A DNA stretch of 64,000 bases from the NCBI RefSeq assembly GCF_009914755.1, contig NC_060938.1, one strand, 5' to 3'. The notes beneath the pieces were generated by a model. That model was not told the origin of the DNA and searched no databases. It worked only from the letters and a program-made list of their open reading frames with translations. Positions 39,389 through 52,503 of this stretch are shown here, piece after piece; within the stretch, counting starts at the first letter, position 1; every line of letters begins with the position of its first letter. Both the position numbers and the translations under genes were made by a program. The stretch comes from the human T2T-CHM13v2.0 reference genome, Homo sapiens.

Positions 39389-39914
39389 CATCTACCTTTT
39401 ATAAACACATCTATACCTGTGTGCCTCCATGCCCCTCTTTTACTAACAGCACCCCATTTACCTTTAGGGCAGTCCTTCTCCCCCAACCACCTGTAGTCTT
39501 GGCTAATGAAATTGCCCCATCCTCCTCTAGCCAAGGATCCAAGCTAAGTCAACAGACTCTTCTCTCTGGAAATTTCACTCTAGCTTCTGTGTCACAAGAA
39601 TAGAAAATGTGTCAGAGCAGATTAATATGAGTGTTGATGCCCTAAGACAACATGCGTTCATTTGCAGACCATTAGTCCAGAGTGTGACGATAACAAATGT
39701 GACACATGATATGAGTTAGGCGTCATTATCGTCATCCTTGTCATCATGAAAGTGACTTGTACCCAGCAGCTCAGATGTGCCTGCTCCTGTACTAGGTATG
39801 TAATTTGCCTAGCTTCTCTTATGCATCCTTTCTTCATCTGTAAAATGGAAATCATACTCATCCTAACTCTTCCACGGTTTTTGTGAAGACAGCAAAAGGA
39901 ATAATTGTCATGAG

Positions 39915-40229
39915 GGCCGGGCGCGGTGGCTCACGCCTGTAAGCCCAGCAATTTGGGAGGCCGAAGCAGACAGATCACTTGAGGTCAGGAGTTGGAGACC
40001 AGCCTGGCCAACATGGTGAAACCCCATCTCTACTAAAAATACAAAAATTAGACAGACATGGTGGCAGGCACCTATAATTCCAGCTACTCAGGAAACTGAG
40101 GCAGAGAATCACTTGAACCTGGGAGGCAGAGGCTGCAGTGAGCAGAGATCGAGCCACTGCACTCCAGCCTGGGTGACAGACCGAGACTCTGTCTCAGGGG
40201 AAAAAAAAAAAAAAGAAAAAAAAGAAAAA
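39915..40229 (+). mobile_element. Alu (AluS-like)
   Basis: Full dimer with A-rich tail. Confidence 0.95.
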
Positions 40230-40849
40230 TAACGGTCACGAAAGCTTTGAGCCAAATAAGGAGTTACCCAAGTGTCTGTTGGAGGAGTTGTTCCCAAGGC
40301 ATAGGTGTGGGGAGTCATGGGAGGGCTTGATGAAGGACCCAGGATCTGAGACCAATTCAAAAGTTGTGCCATACCAGGTTAAGTCACTTGTTCTCTCTGG
40401 GCTTTTGGCTTAGATAAGACTGGGTTATACACATCTCTTTCCAGTTTCACCATTTTCTAATCTATTTGCAAGCCCCCTTGCCTGACACATACCCTCTTCC
40501 ACTTCTATGCACACATGCCAGAAAATTCTCTAGCCTAGTCCATGCTGACCTTGTACCCAACTCATTTCTTCTTTTCCCAGCTCCTCACCTGATTGGGAAG
40601 TTGCTCTGGGTATGCACTCCCACAGCTTCCTGAATAACCCTCTGGCAGAGCACCTTATGGAAATCATGCTTAACTATCTCCTCCACTAGTAGGCCATAAG
40701 TCCAACTAGAGCAAAGGCCATGTCCCTCTTGTTCACTACTGCTTCTCCAGTGCCCAGTACAGAGTCAAACACATAGAAGATGTTCTATGAGTACTTACTC
40801 TTTGAATGAATACCCTACATCTATTTTATTTGTCATTTCAGAAAACACA

Positions 40850-41365
40850 TGGTATTATCTCATGCTGCGTAACAAGTTAGTCCAAAACTTAGCAGCTTAA
40901 AACGAGAATAGTCACTTATCCTCTCTCAATTTCTGTGGGACAGAAAGTCAGACAGGGCACAGCAGGGCTGGTTGTTCTCTGCTCCATGTCTGGGACCTCA
41001 ACTCTAAGACTTAAAGGCCGAGGGCTGGCAAGACCTGAAGTCTCGGTTTGCCATGATCTGGTGATTGACTCTGGCTGTTGGCTGAGAGCCCAGCAGCAGC
41101 TGTCAGCGAGAACACCCTCATGTGGCCTCACCATGTGGCTTGGGCTTCTTCACAACATGGTAGCTGGTTTCTTCTGAGGAACCAAGAAGAAGCTGTCTCC
41201 TTTTTATGGCCTGGTCTTAAGAGTCATACAGCTTCACTTTCATCACACTTTATTCATTAGACACCAGTCACCAAGTACATCCCACATTCAGGGGGAAAGG
41301 AATTAGATCCCATCTTTTGAAAAGAATGGTCAAGAGCTTGCAAGCCAATTTTAAAACCAGCACCA
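40850..41365. mobile_element. MLT1-type MaLR LTR (old)
   Basis: ccaaaacttagcagcttaaa...tctcaatttctgtgg...gggcttcttcacaacatggtagctgg motifs. Confidence 0.7.
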
Positions 41366-42549
41366 CTTGGCTAACACAAGAAGCAATGTATAGAGTGAAA
41401 AACAAGTGTCTGAAGAAGTAAGACTTCTGTTCACATTCTAGCTCTGCCACTTACTAGCTGTGTGAGTTTGGGGAAATTACCCTCTGAGACTTGGTTTATA
41501 CAATACAGGGTGATAGTTGTTGATCCCTAGTGATTTTTCTACGCTTGGAGTCTTCTTGCCTTAGTGAGTTTAAGAAGATCCAGGCTGAACTAACTTTCTT
41601 GGAGTCTTGCAATCCTTCCCATCACTGATAACCCTTGGTTTCTGACCCTGGAGGTAGTAAGAGGTTGCTACGGGAGCACAGGGTACCCAGAAAGTTCAGA
41701 TACTAGGGACAGCTTTAGAGAACAGATGTGAAACCACTGAGGCCCTGGGGTCTCTCTAAGGCCTTTAACCCAGCCCTTGTGTAGTAACCTCAGCTTGTCA
41801 AGAAATGCAACGACCCCACAACTAAGGAATCTGAATCTGCCGGCTAAGGCCAAGGAATCTGCATTCTCCCACAAGACTGTGATTCATGCTAACTACAGGC
41901 AGGGGAGAGGGGGAGCATCTTAAAGCACACACTCGGCCGTCTCTTCCTAAAGTTCTTGGCTTCAGCCTAGAGATAGTGCCTTTCCCACCATTTACAACTC
42001 TATGGCATGAGGGAGGCGGAGGGTGCGTCCAGTGTCCAACCACGCACCACAGCTGGTTGTACTTTCACCTTCCTCTAGGCCAGCGGACCCTCCCCAAGCA
42101 TTGCCTCCCACGCCCACGTCGCGGTCCCACCCTGGTCCGCGGGGTCCAGAGCGTCCAAAGCCCGGTCTAGGCAGATGGTCTAGGGGTGAGCTCTGCGCAC
42201 CCCATTCCCACCAGTGCAGGCAATCGAATAAAACAGGGTGACTTTTAACCCTTTTCGTTTCCAGAGATAGTGACCCCCCGTCTCAATCCCTAGATGTCCT
42301 CCTCTAAGAACTGTGCGCGCTGGGAGGGACTCTGCGCTCACTCACTGTGACCACCTCGGCTGGGATATGGGGAAACTGAGGCCTACAGAGGGAAGGGAAC
42401 TGCTGAACGTCCCAAAGCAACACAGGCACTGAATCCGGTCTAGAATCCCAGTCTTCCAGGCCAGTGCTCTCGGTCCTACCGGCTCAGGGCCCCTGCGAAG
42501 AATCTTTTTCAAGAAATTCCCGACCGCAGGAATTCCTTCTGCGCTAGGA

Positions 42550-43700
42550 ATCTCCATGGAGTTTGCGCTCCCTCTGGCACGTTGAAAACGTCCTCCGCAG
42601 CTTCGCACCGGCTTCGCGGCGCCCTGACAGCTGGGTGAGGAGGGAGCGAATGCCCACCGGCGTCCTTGGGGTAACTTGGGACAGAGGCACCGCCGCGGGG
42701 GGCGGAGGACTGGGCGCGAAGGCGCTGGCCCTTTAAGGGGGGGACGGAGCGCATGCGCGGCGCGGGCCGTAGTCGAGCCTGGTGGGCGGCTGGCTGGCAG
42801 GGGACGTGGTCGGCGGCAGCGGGGCCCAGGGGCGGCGGGGCTGCAGCAGCGGCGGCCCCAGCTTCGCCGAGCAGCGATCGGCTGGTGGGCTTCTCGTTGG
42901 CGGGCTCCGCGTTGGCGGGCTGCTCCCCAGGCACCAGCGCAGCGCGCGCTCGCCCGGCTTCGTCACTCGCCTCCAGCTACATCCGCCGGCCGAGGCTGCG
43001 CGAGCCTCCGGGCTTGCGGTCCCCGCCCCGCGGTCCTTCCTCCACCCTCAGCCAGGGCAGCTGCAGCCCGAGCGAACAGCCACGGAGCATCCTCCGCCCG
43101 CCCGGGCCGCGCCACCGCCCATGCTGCAGCCAGTCCCAGGCAGCGACCCCGCGGCCGCAGCCCGCCGCTCAGTGACCTCAGCCTGGCCCCTGCGCGCCGC
43201 CCGAGCCGGTCCCGCTGAGCCGCGGGCCCCGTGCCCTGCGATGGCTCGGCTGGTGCAGCGCGGCGCCAGGTGCCAGCCGTCCTCCCGCTGAGACGCGCCC
43301 GAGTGGGGACCCGCTGGGCCTCGGGGCTCGCAGCCTTCGCCTCCCCGCCGCGCCCGCTCCCTTTCTGGGGACTCCGCCGCTGTTTCTGGGGACGAGGGGA
43401 CAGGGGACCCAGACAAAGCCCACTTTGTGCAGGGAGTTGGCCGCAGGCGGGGAATGTGCGCGTCGGCGCGCGCCCCCTCCCCGCTCCCGGCCAGCTGCGA
43501 GTCTTGGCTCCCGGACTTGTCTCGTCGCGTCGGAGAAATCGCCCCCCAGCGCCGCTCTCCCGCCCGGGGGTCTTGGTTCCGAGCTCGCGCGGCCGGGAGT
43601 CGCCTCGGTCTTCCTTGGGGCGCGCGCAGATGTGAGCGTGCGAGAGTTGTGTAGGGGATTTTGTTCCCTCCGAAACTGAGACCCAGGGCGCCCAGTGGGC
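42550..43700. promoter_or_regulatory. CpG island promoter / 5' end of VASH1
   Basis: Very high GC and CpG density directly upstream of the VASH1 ATG; GC box GGGGCGGAG 42699-42707. Confidence 0.92.
42749..42758. promoter_or_regulatory. NRF1-type palindromic site GCGCATGCGC
   Basis: Perfect palindrome matching the NRF1 consensus within the CpG island, next to a GC box. Confidence 0.65.
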
Positions 43701-44115
43701 ACCCGTGCCTTGACTCTGTCCTTTCTGCAGCCGCTGGTCCGAGCTGTCTGGCCTCAGTTTCCCTCCGACTTTTCTCCGCTCTGCCAGCCCTCACTGCTGC
43801 CCGTCATTGTTCTCGCAGTTAGATGGGGGTGCTTTGTGACGGCTGCCAAGTTGGGGTGTGTTCTCTTTATTCCGTTTTTCAAACAGAACAAGGCCTCCAA
43901 GGCTGACCCCAGACAACCCACCCCCTCGGACCCTAATTCACCTTATTGCACTGATTTTTTTTATCAAGTCGTATTTTATTGTACAGGAGCCACGCCCTGA
44001 TTTCTTAAAGGCGCCTTGCACTCTGGCCATGTGTTATCTCTGCAGCCGGTGTGTGGGAGGCCTCTTGTGAGCCAGTTGTTTTCCCGCCTCCACCACCCCC
44101 CTCGAAGATTTAGGG

Positions 44116-44424
44116 ATGCCAGGGGGGAAGAAGGTGGCTGGGGGTGGCAGCAGCGGTGCCACTCCAACGTCCGCTGCGGCCACCGCCCCCTCTGGGGTCA
44201 GGCGTTTGGAGACCAGCGAAGGAACCTCAGCCCAGAGAGATGAGGAGCCAGAAGAGGAAGGGGAAGAGGACCTGCGAGACGGAGGCGTCCCCTTCTTTGT
44301 CAACCGGGGTGGGCTACCTGTGGATGAGGCCACCTGGGAAAGGATGTGGAAACACGTGGCCAAGATCCACCCCGATGGAGAGAAGGTGGCGCAACGGATC
44401 CGTGGGGCCACAGACCTGCCCAAG
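44116..44424 (+). CDS. VASH1: VASH1 coding exon 1 (aa 1-103)
   Basis: ATG at 44116; [10 protein letters not shown]...[48 protein letters not shown] is the vasohibin-1 N-terminus; donor AAG|GTGAGA at 44425; 309 nt. Confidence 0.98.
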
Positions 44425-44799
44425 GTGAGACACACGGGTCAGGGGGGTGATAGCACAGTCTAGGTTTTAGTGACCTTGGGGCCAAGAGTAAAGCCACACT
44501 CTCCTCCCACGGGGCAGGGGACCACTGGCTCGGTAAGATCTTTAAAATGCAGTGATATCATACCTGTCTAGGAGAACTTTCTCTCACTGCCATTCTAGGA
44601 GGGAGGTTCACATACATTGTCTCCAGGAGGCCCTCCCCGCTGTCTTTTAAAATGTCCACGTTTTACAGGAGGGGACAGCAGCAGATGGAACTAACAAACA
44701 CAGTAGGATGGCTTGACGTCTCATTTGCTTGATGACACTTGCCAAGCCAGAGAACTGTGAGCAGACAAATGTAATGAATGACTAAGGAGATGCAGGGCT

Positions 44800-44965
44800 T
44801 CATATGTTGAGAAAATATTTTCGTGCATTATGTCATTGAATTCTCCCAACAGCCTTGTGACGTAAGTACAGTTTGGATTCCCATTTTACAGATGAGAAAG
44901 CTGAAAACTCAAGTAGGAACTCAAGATCCCACAGCCAGTAAGTGGCAGAACTGAGATTCAATTTC
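44800..44965. mobile_element. MIR fragment (intron 1)
   Basis: cccattttacagatgagaaagctga core. Confidence 0.7.
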
Positions 44966-45932
44966 AGGTCTTCAGGAGAAGGGCGGGGGGTGGTGGTGGA
45001 GGGAAGTGTCCAGGTCCTCTTCTCTGTTGGACAGTAGATTCAAGCACATTAGAAGAGGTCTTATGGAGAAGCATAAAATGAAATAATTTTTCTGTGTTGG
45101 CTGTAACTCCTCCTCCATGACAGCTATACTTCAGTTGTGTCACCAACGAAAACAGAGGCTGTATCTCATTCATCTTTGTCTTCCCAAGGCCTCCTGTGTG
45201 CCTGGCACAGAACAGGCACTAGTGTGTGTGTTTGCTGAATGAAAGGGTATTTGAGAGTTTCTGTGCTGTACGCTGCTATATGGAAATACATGCCAGATAT
45301 TAAAAAAAAAAAAAACATGATCAAGACTAGGAGGCACTTTGCCAAATGCAGAGGCCTGAAATCTCCAAAAAAGAGCCCTTTGGACTGAGTTCAGAGCCCA
45401 GTGCTTAGCCCTGCCTGCCCAGGTTGGAAGGAAGGGGGCTAGGAAGAATGGAAGTTAGTGTGAATTAGACATGAGGACAAGTGGCCCGTTTTGTTTTTAC
45501 CAAGTTATTGGTACAGCCATCAGAAAGTGTCTTCTGGGAAAAAGAGAATCAAAGGTTGAAGGTTTAAATACTGCCTAATGTTTCCAGGGGAAACAAAATG
45601 TAGATTGATTTGGAATGGCCGCATAAATGTGCTCTGCACTGACTTAATATTTATTTAGCTAATCCCCTAGAGTTGGATGTTGTTTCCAGTTTTATTCCTA
45701 AAATGAATACTATGGTGAACATTCTAAAATATAAATTTTGGGGTTCATCTCTGATTATTTCCTTGGGAAAAATTCTGAAAGCGAAAGTATTGCGTCAAAG
45801 GATATTGACATTGGTAGGGGTCACCTGCTTATCTATATGGCCCCTTCCACCTATTTGAGATGCAGTTTTCTTATCAATAAGATGAGGTTGATTGTGGGGA
45901 ATAAATGAGAGACTGTGTGTTAAAGTATTTAA

Positions 45933-46286
<354 letters not shown>

Positions 46287-47199
46287 GACATCCATCACCT
46301 TTACTTATGTGCTTTATCAAGCGGCAAGACTGGGTTTTGCTCAGATCATTTGTCCCGATGAGGCCAGAGTCACACCCTGCTCCCACGTGAACAAGTCGGG
46401 CAGCTCTCCAGCCATCTTGCTTATGTCTAAATCAGGCCATAAAAGAGTGTGAATGGCTCCCTGCAGAACTGCCACCACTCCTGGGAACTAAAAAAGAAAT
46501 AGTGAGCTCACTAGTAACTGGTCTGTAATGTCATTCTGTCATCTTCAGTCCTCATGTACAGGAAAGACACGGATGAAGGAAGTCTAGGGGTGGGGGCTGT
46601 GTTGTGACAGACCCCTAGACTTCCATCGCTAGGGTAGAAGGAATTTTGTGAGAGGTTTGGAAAAATTTGAACTTCCCCCTCTTCAAACCACAGATCTCAG
46701 ATAAATCGCATGAGTCTGCATGAGGTCCCTCCTCTACCTGGGCTCTGAGTAGAAAGGTACCCTTAGAGTCTGGGAGTGCAGTGGAGTCCAGGAGGCCTTG
46801 GAGAGAAGCAGCGTGGGTTGGGTGCCTGGGTGCCAGGGTGCCAGTGGCAGGGTGGGCTGACCCCGCCCTTACCATCCCTAGGGGCCATGCCACTGGAGCT
46901 GGCACAGGGTCATTCCCTACAGCGGCCACACAGTGTGGGGCTCAAGAAGTGTTTTGTTGGGAAAATTGGGAGATTTCTCACATAAAGATCCAGAGTTTTG
47001 GCATCTTTTCAGAAAATAAGAAGACTTGGGAACACATGGGAATCTGCAGTCCCACGTGGCAGCTGTCAGCTGGGGCTGGGGAGTGAGTCCTACTCCCCCA
47101 TCTTGCCACTGTCTCCACCACTCACCTCCCAGGCCTGCCTGCCCCGTGTATGTTACTTGCCCGGCCCCTGCATGTGGTTGAGTCTGGGACCCCTGCAGG

Positions 47200-47420
47200 C
47201 TGGTGTCATAAAAGGAGAGCACTCTGGAGTCAAAGCTACCATGTTCAAATCCTTGATCTCCCATAACTACTTATATGAGGAAGACAGGCAACTTTCTTGT
47301 GCCTCAGTTTTCCGCAGCTGTGAAATGGAGCTAATAGCAATGCCCATCAAGAGGATGTTAGAGGAATTAATGATGCAAAGCATGTGATGCTTCATTAAGT
47401 GCCTCTAATAGATACCCAGT
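47200..47420. mobile_element. MIR fragment (intron 1)
   Basis: ctctggagtca...ttcaaatcc...gtgcctcagttttccgcagctgtgaaatgg. Confidence 0.7.
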
Positions 47421-47741
47421 AATGGAGCAGGGAGTGAGTGTTCATCGACACCCCACTAGCGCTTTGGAGAAGCAGCCTTTACAGGGATGATGCCAGTATG
47501 TTATAGGGCAACAATTTCTAGAAAGATCCCAAATCCAGCAACAGCTTAGGCTCCTTGATAAGAGTCTGTCCTTGATGTTTCAGGCTTCCACCCCCTTTAA
47601 AAGCTTAGTGGCCACTGACCCCAGACCCAGCTGCTGAAGGTCTTTTATGGTCTCTTATGGCTCAGGCCACAGAGCTCCTGCAGAATGGGAATTTGGACAT
47701 CTCCTCTAGCTACTTATTATGACTCCAGAGTGCTTTCCTTT

Positions 47742-48035
47742 GATTTATTTATGAGACAGCGTCTCGCTTGGTCACCTAAGATGGAATGCAGTGGCACAGT
47801 CATGGCTCACAGCAGCCTCTACCTTCTGGGCTCAAGTGATCCTCCCACCTCAGCCTCCAGAGTAGCTGGGGCTACCGGTGTGCCCTACCATGCCTGGCTA
47901 ATTTTTTTATTTTTTGGTTGAGATGGGGTCTCTCTATATTGCCCAGGCTGGTCTCAAACTCCTGGGCTCAAGCCATCCTCCCGCCTCAGCCTCCCAAAGT
48001 GCTGGGATTACAGGCAGGAGCTACTACACCCAGCC
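47742..48035 (-). mobile_element. Alu (AluJ-like, intron 1)
   Basis: Diverged antisense dimer; 15-bp TSD tggacatctcctcta at 47694 and 48036. Confidence 0.92.
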
Positions 48036-48267
48036 TGGACATCTCCTCTAAAAGGGTAACGTTGCTGGGATTAGCATGTGCGAGGCACACTGATAATGAT
48101 GACAGTGAACACAAATTAAGTCTGTGCTGTGTGCCTGACCCTGCTCTAAGGCCTCGACCTGCAGCATCTCATTCGCACTATAAGGCTGATTTTGTGTTGG
48201 TGCCCACTTTATAAATGAAGTGTCTGAGGCACAGGGGAGGTCAGGAGCTTCACTAAAGTCACGACTA

Positions 48268-48540
48268 GGCCGGGTGCGGTGTAATCCCAGCACTTTGGGA
48301 GGTCGAAGCAGGTGGATCACTTGAGGTCAGGAGTTCGAGACCAGTCTGGCCAATGTGGTGAAACCCCATCTCTACTAAAAATACAAAAATTAGCTGGATG
48401 TGGTGGTGCATGCCTGTGATCCTAGCTACTCTGGAGGCTGAGGCAGGAGAATCACTTGAACCCAGGAGATGAGGTTTTCAGTGAGCCGAAGTTGAGCCAC
48501 TGCACTCCAGCCTGGGCGACAGGGTGAAACTCTGTCTCAA

Positions 48541-48587
<47 letters not shown>

Positions 48588-48588
48588 A
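48268..48588 (+). mobile_element. Alu with (TAAA)n tail, TSD aaagtcacgact
   Basis: Dimer with small 5' deletion; ~12 TAAA units. Confidence 0.95.
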
Positions 48589-51264
48589 AAGTCACGACTG
48601 TAAATGGCAGAGCTGAATATCCATAGTGATGATCTAGTTGGAGACTCAGCCCTATTGCCCTCTAGGCCACACTTTTTGGGCGCACACATCCAGCTGCAAG
48701 CTCTCCCCACCTCCCCCAGGCCTCATTGTGTTCGATTGAAATAGACCCCTCCAGTGAGAATGTCTCTGTAGAACTCAGGACTAGGGGTTCCTGGAGCCGG
48801 GGGAATCCTTGGCCTTGGCTGTGGAGGAGGAGTGCTCCCTGGGGAGATCTGGTGGCTATACCACTCCCCCTTACCGTGCCCCACTTAAACCCACCACTCA
48901 ACAGTGAGGAAATATTTCCCGACTCCTGTTTCGGAGGTGGGGGTGAGGGGCAAGACCTAAAATGGGCCTGGTCATTTGCATATATAGAATCTTTCTTATT
49001 TGTGTTTGAGTGAACGAGTCTATGTAGGTAATGAACATTCAGACAAAAAGGTGCAGGTGCTGTCTGCAGTGGGGTGACATGAGTCAAGGAGCTAGCCTCG
49101 GTGATGGTGGCCTTAAGGTCTTGCCTCTGAATCCCCAGGTATTTTCTTGACCTTCCTTCTCCCAGAGCAGCCAGCTCCTAGGTCCTTTGTCTGCACAGCA
49201 GGTGCTAGTGCTTTCGTGGGTACTGCCTGGTCCCGGCCCAGGCCTGGCTCTGGGTGAATGATCCAGTCCTGGGACTGCAGCTCCCTTTTTGCAGCTTCTT
49301 GTGGGAGGGTGTACTACAATCTTTATCCCAAGCTCCTCAAGGTCACTGGATCCCCACTTGTGCATGGGGATAATCTGCATGCTTCCCTGCCTGGCAGGGG
49401 CTGCCACCTGCAGAGATCAGGTGACTGGGTGGATGTGCCATGCTATTTAAATTGCTAAGTAATTCCTCTAATTCCCCTTCCACCTCCCCACCCCTGTATC
49501 CTTGACATGGGGAGGCCAGGCCAGGCCCTGGGGCCCATTTGGTACAGAGTGGCCAGACAGGAAGAGGGGGGAGCCCCCCACCCCGGGTTTTATCTTGCTG
49601 GTGACTGTAAGTGGTGGTGCCAGTTTGGGGAGGGGGAGCAATGTGAAAGGGAAATGGCTCCCTCCAGACAGAGACGTCAGCGGCTCAGGAGCCAGGGCAG
49701 CCAGTGCGGTTGCTAGGGACTCCCCAGACAGGAAGGAGAAGACCGACGGGAGGGAGGGTGAGGAAGTGCAGGCGACGCTGTGGCCCTGGACCAGGGCCCC
49801 TTCCCTCCTGCGTCTCCACCCCTTAGAGGAGGTGTCTGTCAGACACTGTCCCGTGTGCCTGTGCCATCAGCAACACCCCAGACATGAGTGTGCAGTGATA
49901 ACTGGAGTGTCACTTCCCTCCTTGTCAGAGCCCCAGCCACTGCGGTCACATTATTTAAAAAGCTGGGCTGGCATCTCCACCACTCGAGAGCCTCCCCAGG
50001 AAAGGAGGAAAAGAGCTTCATCCTTCCCTCCTTACCCAGCCCTACCCCCTTCCCTTCACACGTGCCCCTGAGCACAGACTGTGACTCTCAGCAGTCCCAT
50101 CGGGTGGGTGGGCTCAGTGTGGCCTTGGAGGGCCGGGTGGAGGCTTAGGGGCAGGGGGTGGGACCTCTCTATGTGGGGAGCCTTACAGCTACTGTGCTGG
50201 TGGACAAGGGGGAGCCCTGAGGGGTGGGCCTTTTCCCTGGAAGTCTGGTTCTTCTACCCAAGGAAGTCTGTTCTGAAACCTCGGAGGACCCTAGCTGATG
50301 TATCTCTTGGCCTCCTTGGCCTCACTGACTTGTTGGCAGCCAAACTGCCAGATCCGGGCTCCCCTGGCTGGAGAGGGTCCCATACTGGCATAATGGTCTC
50401 TTTTCTGGAGACTGGAGGCTGAGGGAAGCCTGGGGGTCAGCTGTTCTTGACCTTACCCCCAGCAGCCTCCAGGCTCCCAGGCATCGGGAAACACTGCCTG
50501 TTCTCTCCTCTGCCATTTCTGGGCTGGGTGCTGGAAAGTGCGTTCTGGGGAGGAAGACTGTCTGGGTACCTGGAAACCTGTACTGACTAGGTGTGGAGCT
50601 GGCAGGAAAGAGAAGACTTGGAGGAGGACCCGGCCCCTCTGTGCATGCCCCAGCCACAGAGCTACAGCAAGACCTGTTCCAAAATATGTCCTTCTGGCCT
50701 GCTACCGCTGACTGACTCCTTGACAGTTCAAGTTGGTGCTCTGGAAGGCATGGCGAATATGCCCATGATACTGGGTGGGTCCCCTACCAAGGATGCTCAC
50801 CCCCCTCAGGACCACTCCCAAAGCCTAGGGCACCACCTGAGAAGATGGGACCCCGGATATACCAGCTTTGATCCGGCGCTTGAACCAGAGCAAACTTCAA
50901 ACCTAAAATAACCCCAATATTATATTCTTAAGTCTTGAAACTAATGAATATTTAAAATTTAAAATAGTCAGTGAATTAACCTATGTTTTTCTGAAGTTAT
51001 TAAAGAAGCATAAAATTGGAACATCAGCATACACTCTGAATGAGGAATGCTGTTAAGTCCCAGGAGGGAAGGAATGGCTGGGCTGGGGCCCTGGCAAGAG
51101 TCTTCAAATGAGTGGGGTGCCAAGAAAGGAAGCTCAAGTGGGAGGGAGGGGAGGCTGTGCCTCCCCAGGGTGGGGCGCCTCTGGGGCCAGTCCTAGGTGT
51201 TTGGTGGACTGGAAGCTCCAAGGTGAGCCTCTTCTTGTGACCGGAGCTCTTTCTCTGTCCCCAG

Positions 51265-51353
51265 ATCCCCATACCGAGTGTGCCTACGTTCCAGCCGTCT
51301 ACACCTGTCCCTGAGCGCCTGGAAGCTGTGCAGCGCTATATCAGAGAGCTGCA
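51265..51353 (+). CDS. VASH1: VASH1 coding exon 2
   Basis: Acceptor ctttctctgtccccag|; IPIPSVPTFQPSTPVPERLEAVQRYIRELQ; 89 nt; followed by U12-type donor GTATCCTC. Confidence 0.97.
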
Positions 51354-52503
51354 GTATCCTCTCTGGTCAAGGGTCATGGCCACCTTCTGGCCGGTGTGGT
51401 GGGCCTTGTTTCCAGGCAGAGCTGGAGAGGTATCAGCAGAGCCGCCTCATTCCACAACGCCAGGGCCACCATTCACGTGACATCTCTGTGCTCCCTGGTG
51501 CTGTGGGACGCGGCGCGTGTGCCTCCTGGGTGTCGGAGGAATTTTGTCTGATGAGTGCAGGGCCCACTCTGCACTCTCTGCCACCCCCTTCCCGCTCCTG
51601 CCGTGTGATGGGGTAAAGAGAGGAAAATGGGTCCTGAGTGACTTGCTGGTGGGGTGGCCAAGTCTAGATAGATCTCATGCTCTGTTGTCCACCCAGCCCT
51701 AGCAGAGGGGGAGAGAGGGAGCTGCCTTGGGGCTTTTAAAAGTCTGATTTTGAATAAAGGGAAAAATGGCAGAGAAAAAGGATTTTCTGCTCCAGGAGGT
51801 AACTTCAGGATCCTAGAATTTTCTCCAGTTCTTCTCCTTTTTTTCCCTGGCAGTAGGATGGTTGGCCAGCAGGGGAAGAGCTGGGCTCCCCTGGGTCCAG
51901 ATTCCTCTGTGTCCCTGCTCTGGGCCCTCTAGCCCCTGCACCCTGCCCCTGCACCCTGCCCCAGAGCTGTGTGTCCTGGGTCCTCTCTCCCAGGCTTCTG
52001 GCTGCAGAGGTCAGAGATGGGAGAGCTAGGCATGGGTCCTGGGTCGGGAGAAGCCAGGCTGATGACTGCATATCGGGTCCAGCTCCTCCTTCTGCCAGTG
52101 GGGAAACCGGTCCAGTGAGGCAGGTGGCTGGCTCAGGAGCAATTAAAGGCTGAGTTGGACCCCCTACCCTAGCCTCCTCTCAGTTCCTGTGGCTTCTCAG
52201 CTGGTTGGAAGATGAAGTGCTGTAGGGCGCTGTTCCCAGCCACAGCCTCTTTCTGGCCCTCGCCGAACTGGTCGCCTGCTCCATGTCTCTTGTCCTAAGA
52301 AGAGAAGCCAGGGGAGAACAAGGGAGAAAGCCAAGGAGGGTGAGGGAGAGGGAAAGAGAAGGAGGCGTGAGGCGGGGAGAAGAATTCATGCTGTGCCCCC
52401 ATCTCCCCTCCAGGAGACTTGGCTCTTGAGCTTCAGGATAGGCAGGAAGAGAGGGTCAACCTCCTTCAGGCCAAGCTAGGAAGCCCTTAACCCGTGCCCA
52501 CAG
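51354..52503 (+). other. U12-type (minor) GT-AG intron 2 of VASH1
   Basis: 5'ss GTATCCTCT; branch CCCTTAAC at 52484-52491, about 12 nt from the 3' end; no polypyrimidine tract. Confidence 0.9.

Noticed and set aside
42509-43794. Several long overlapping ORFs (140-248 aa) on both strands
   Set aside because: Expected from stop-codon scarcity in a CpG island; low-complexity Ala/Arg/Pro/Gly content with no recognisable domain.
49502-50071. 189-aa intronic ORF (and 56338-56931 minus, 197 aa)
   Set aside because: GC-rich intron or L2-derived sequence, no homology recognised.
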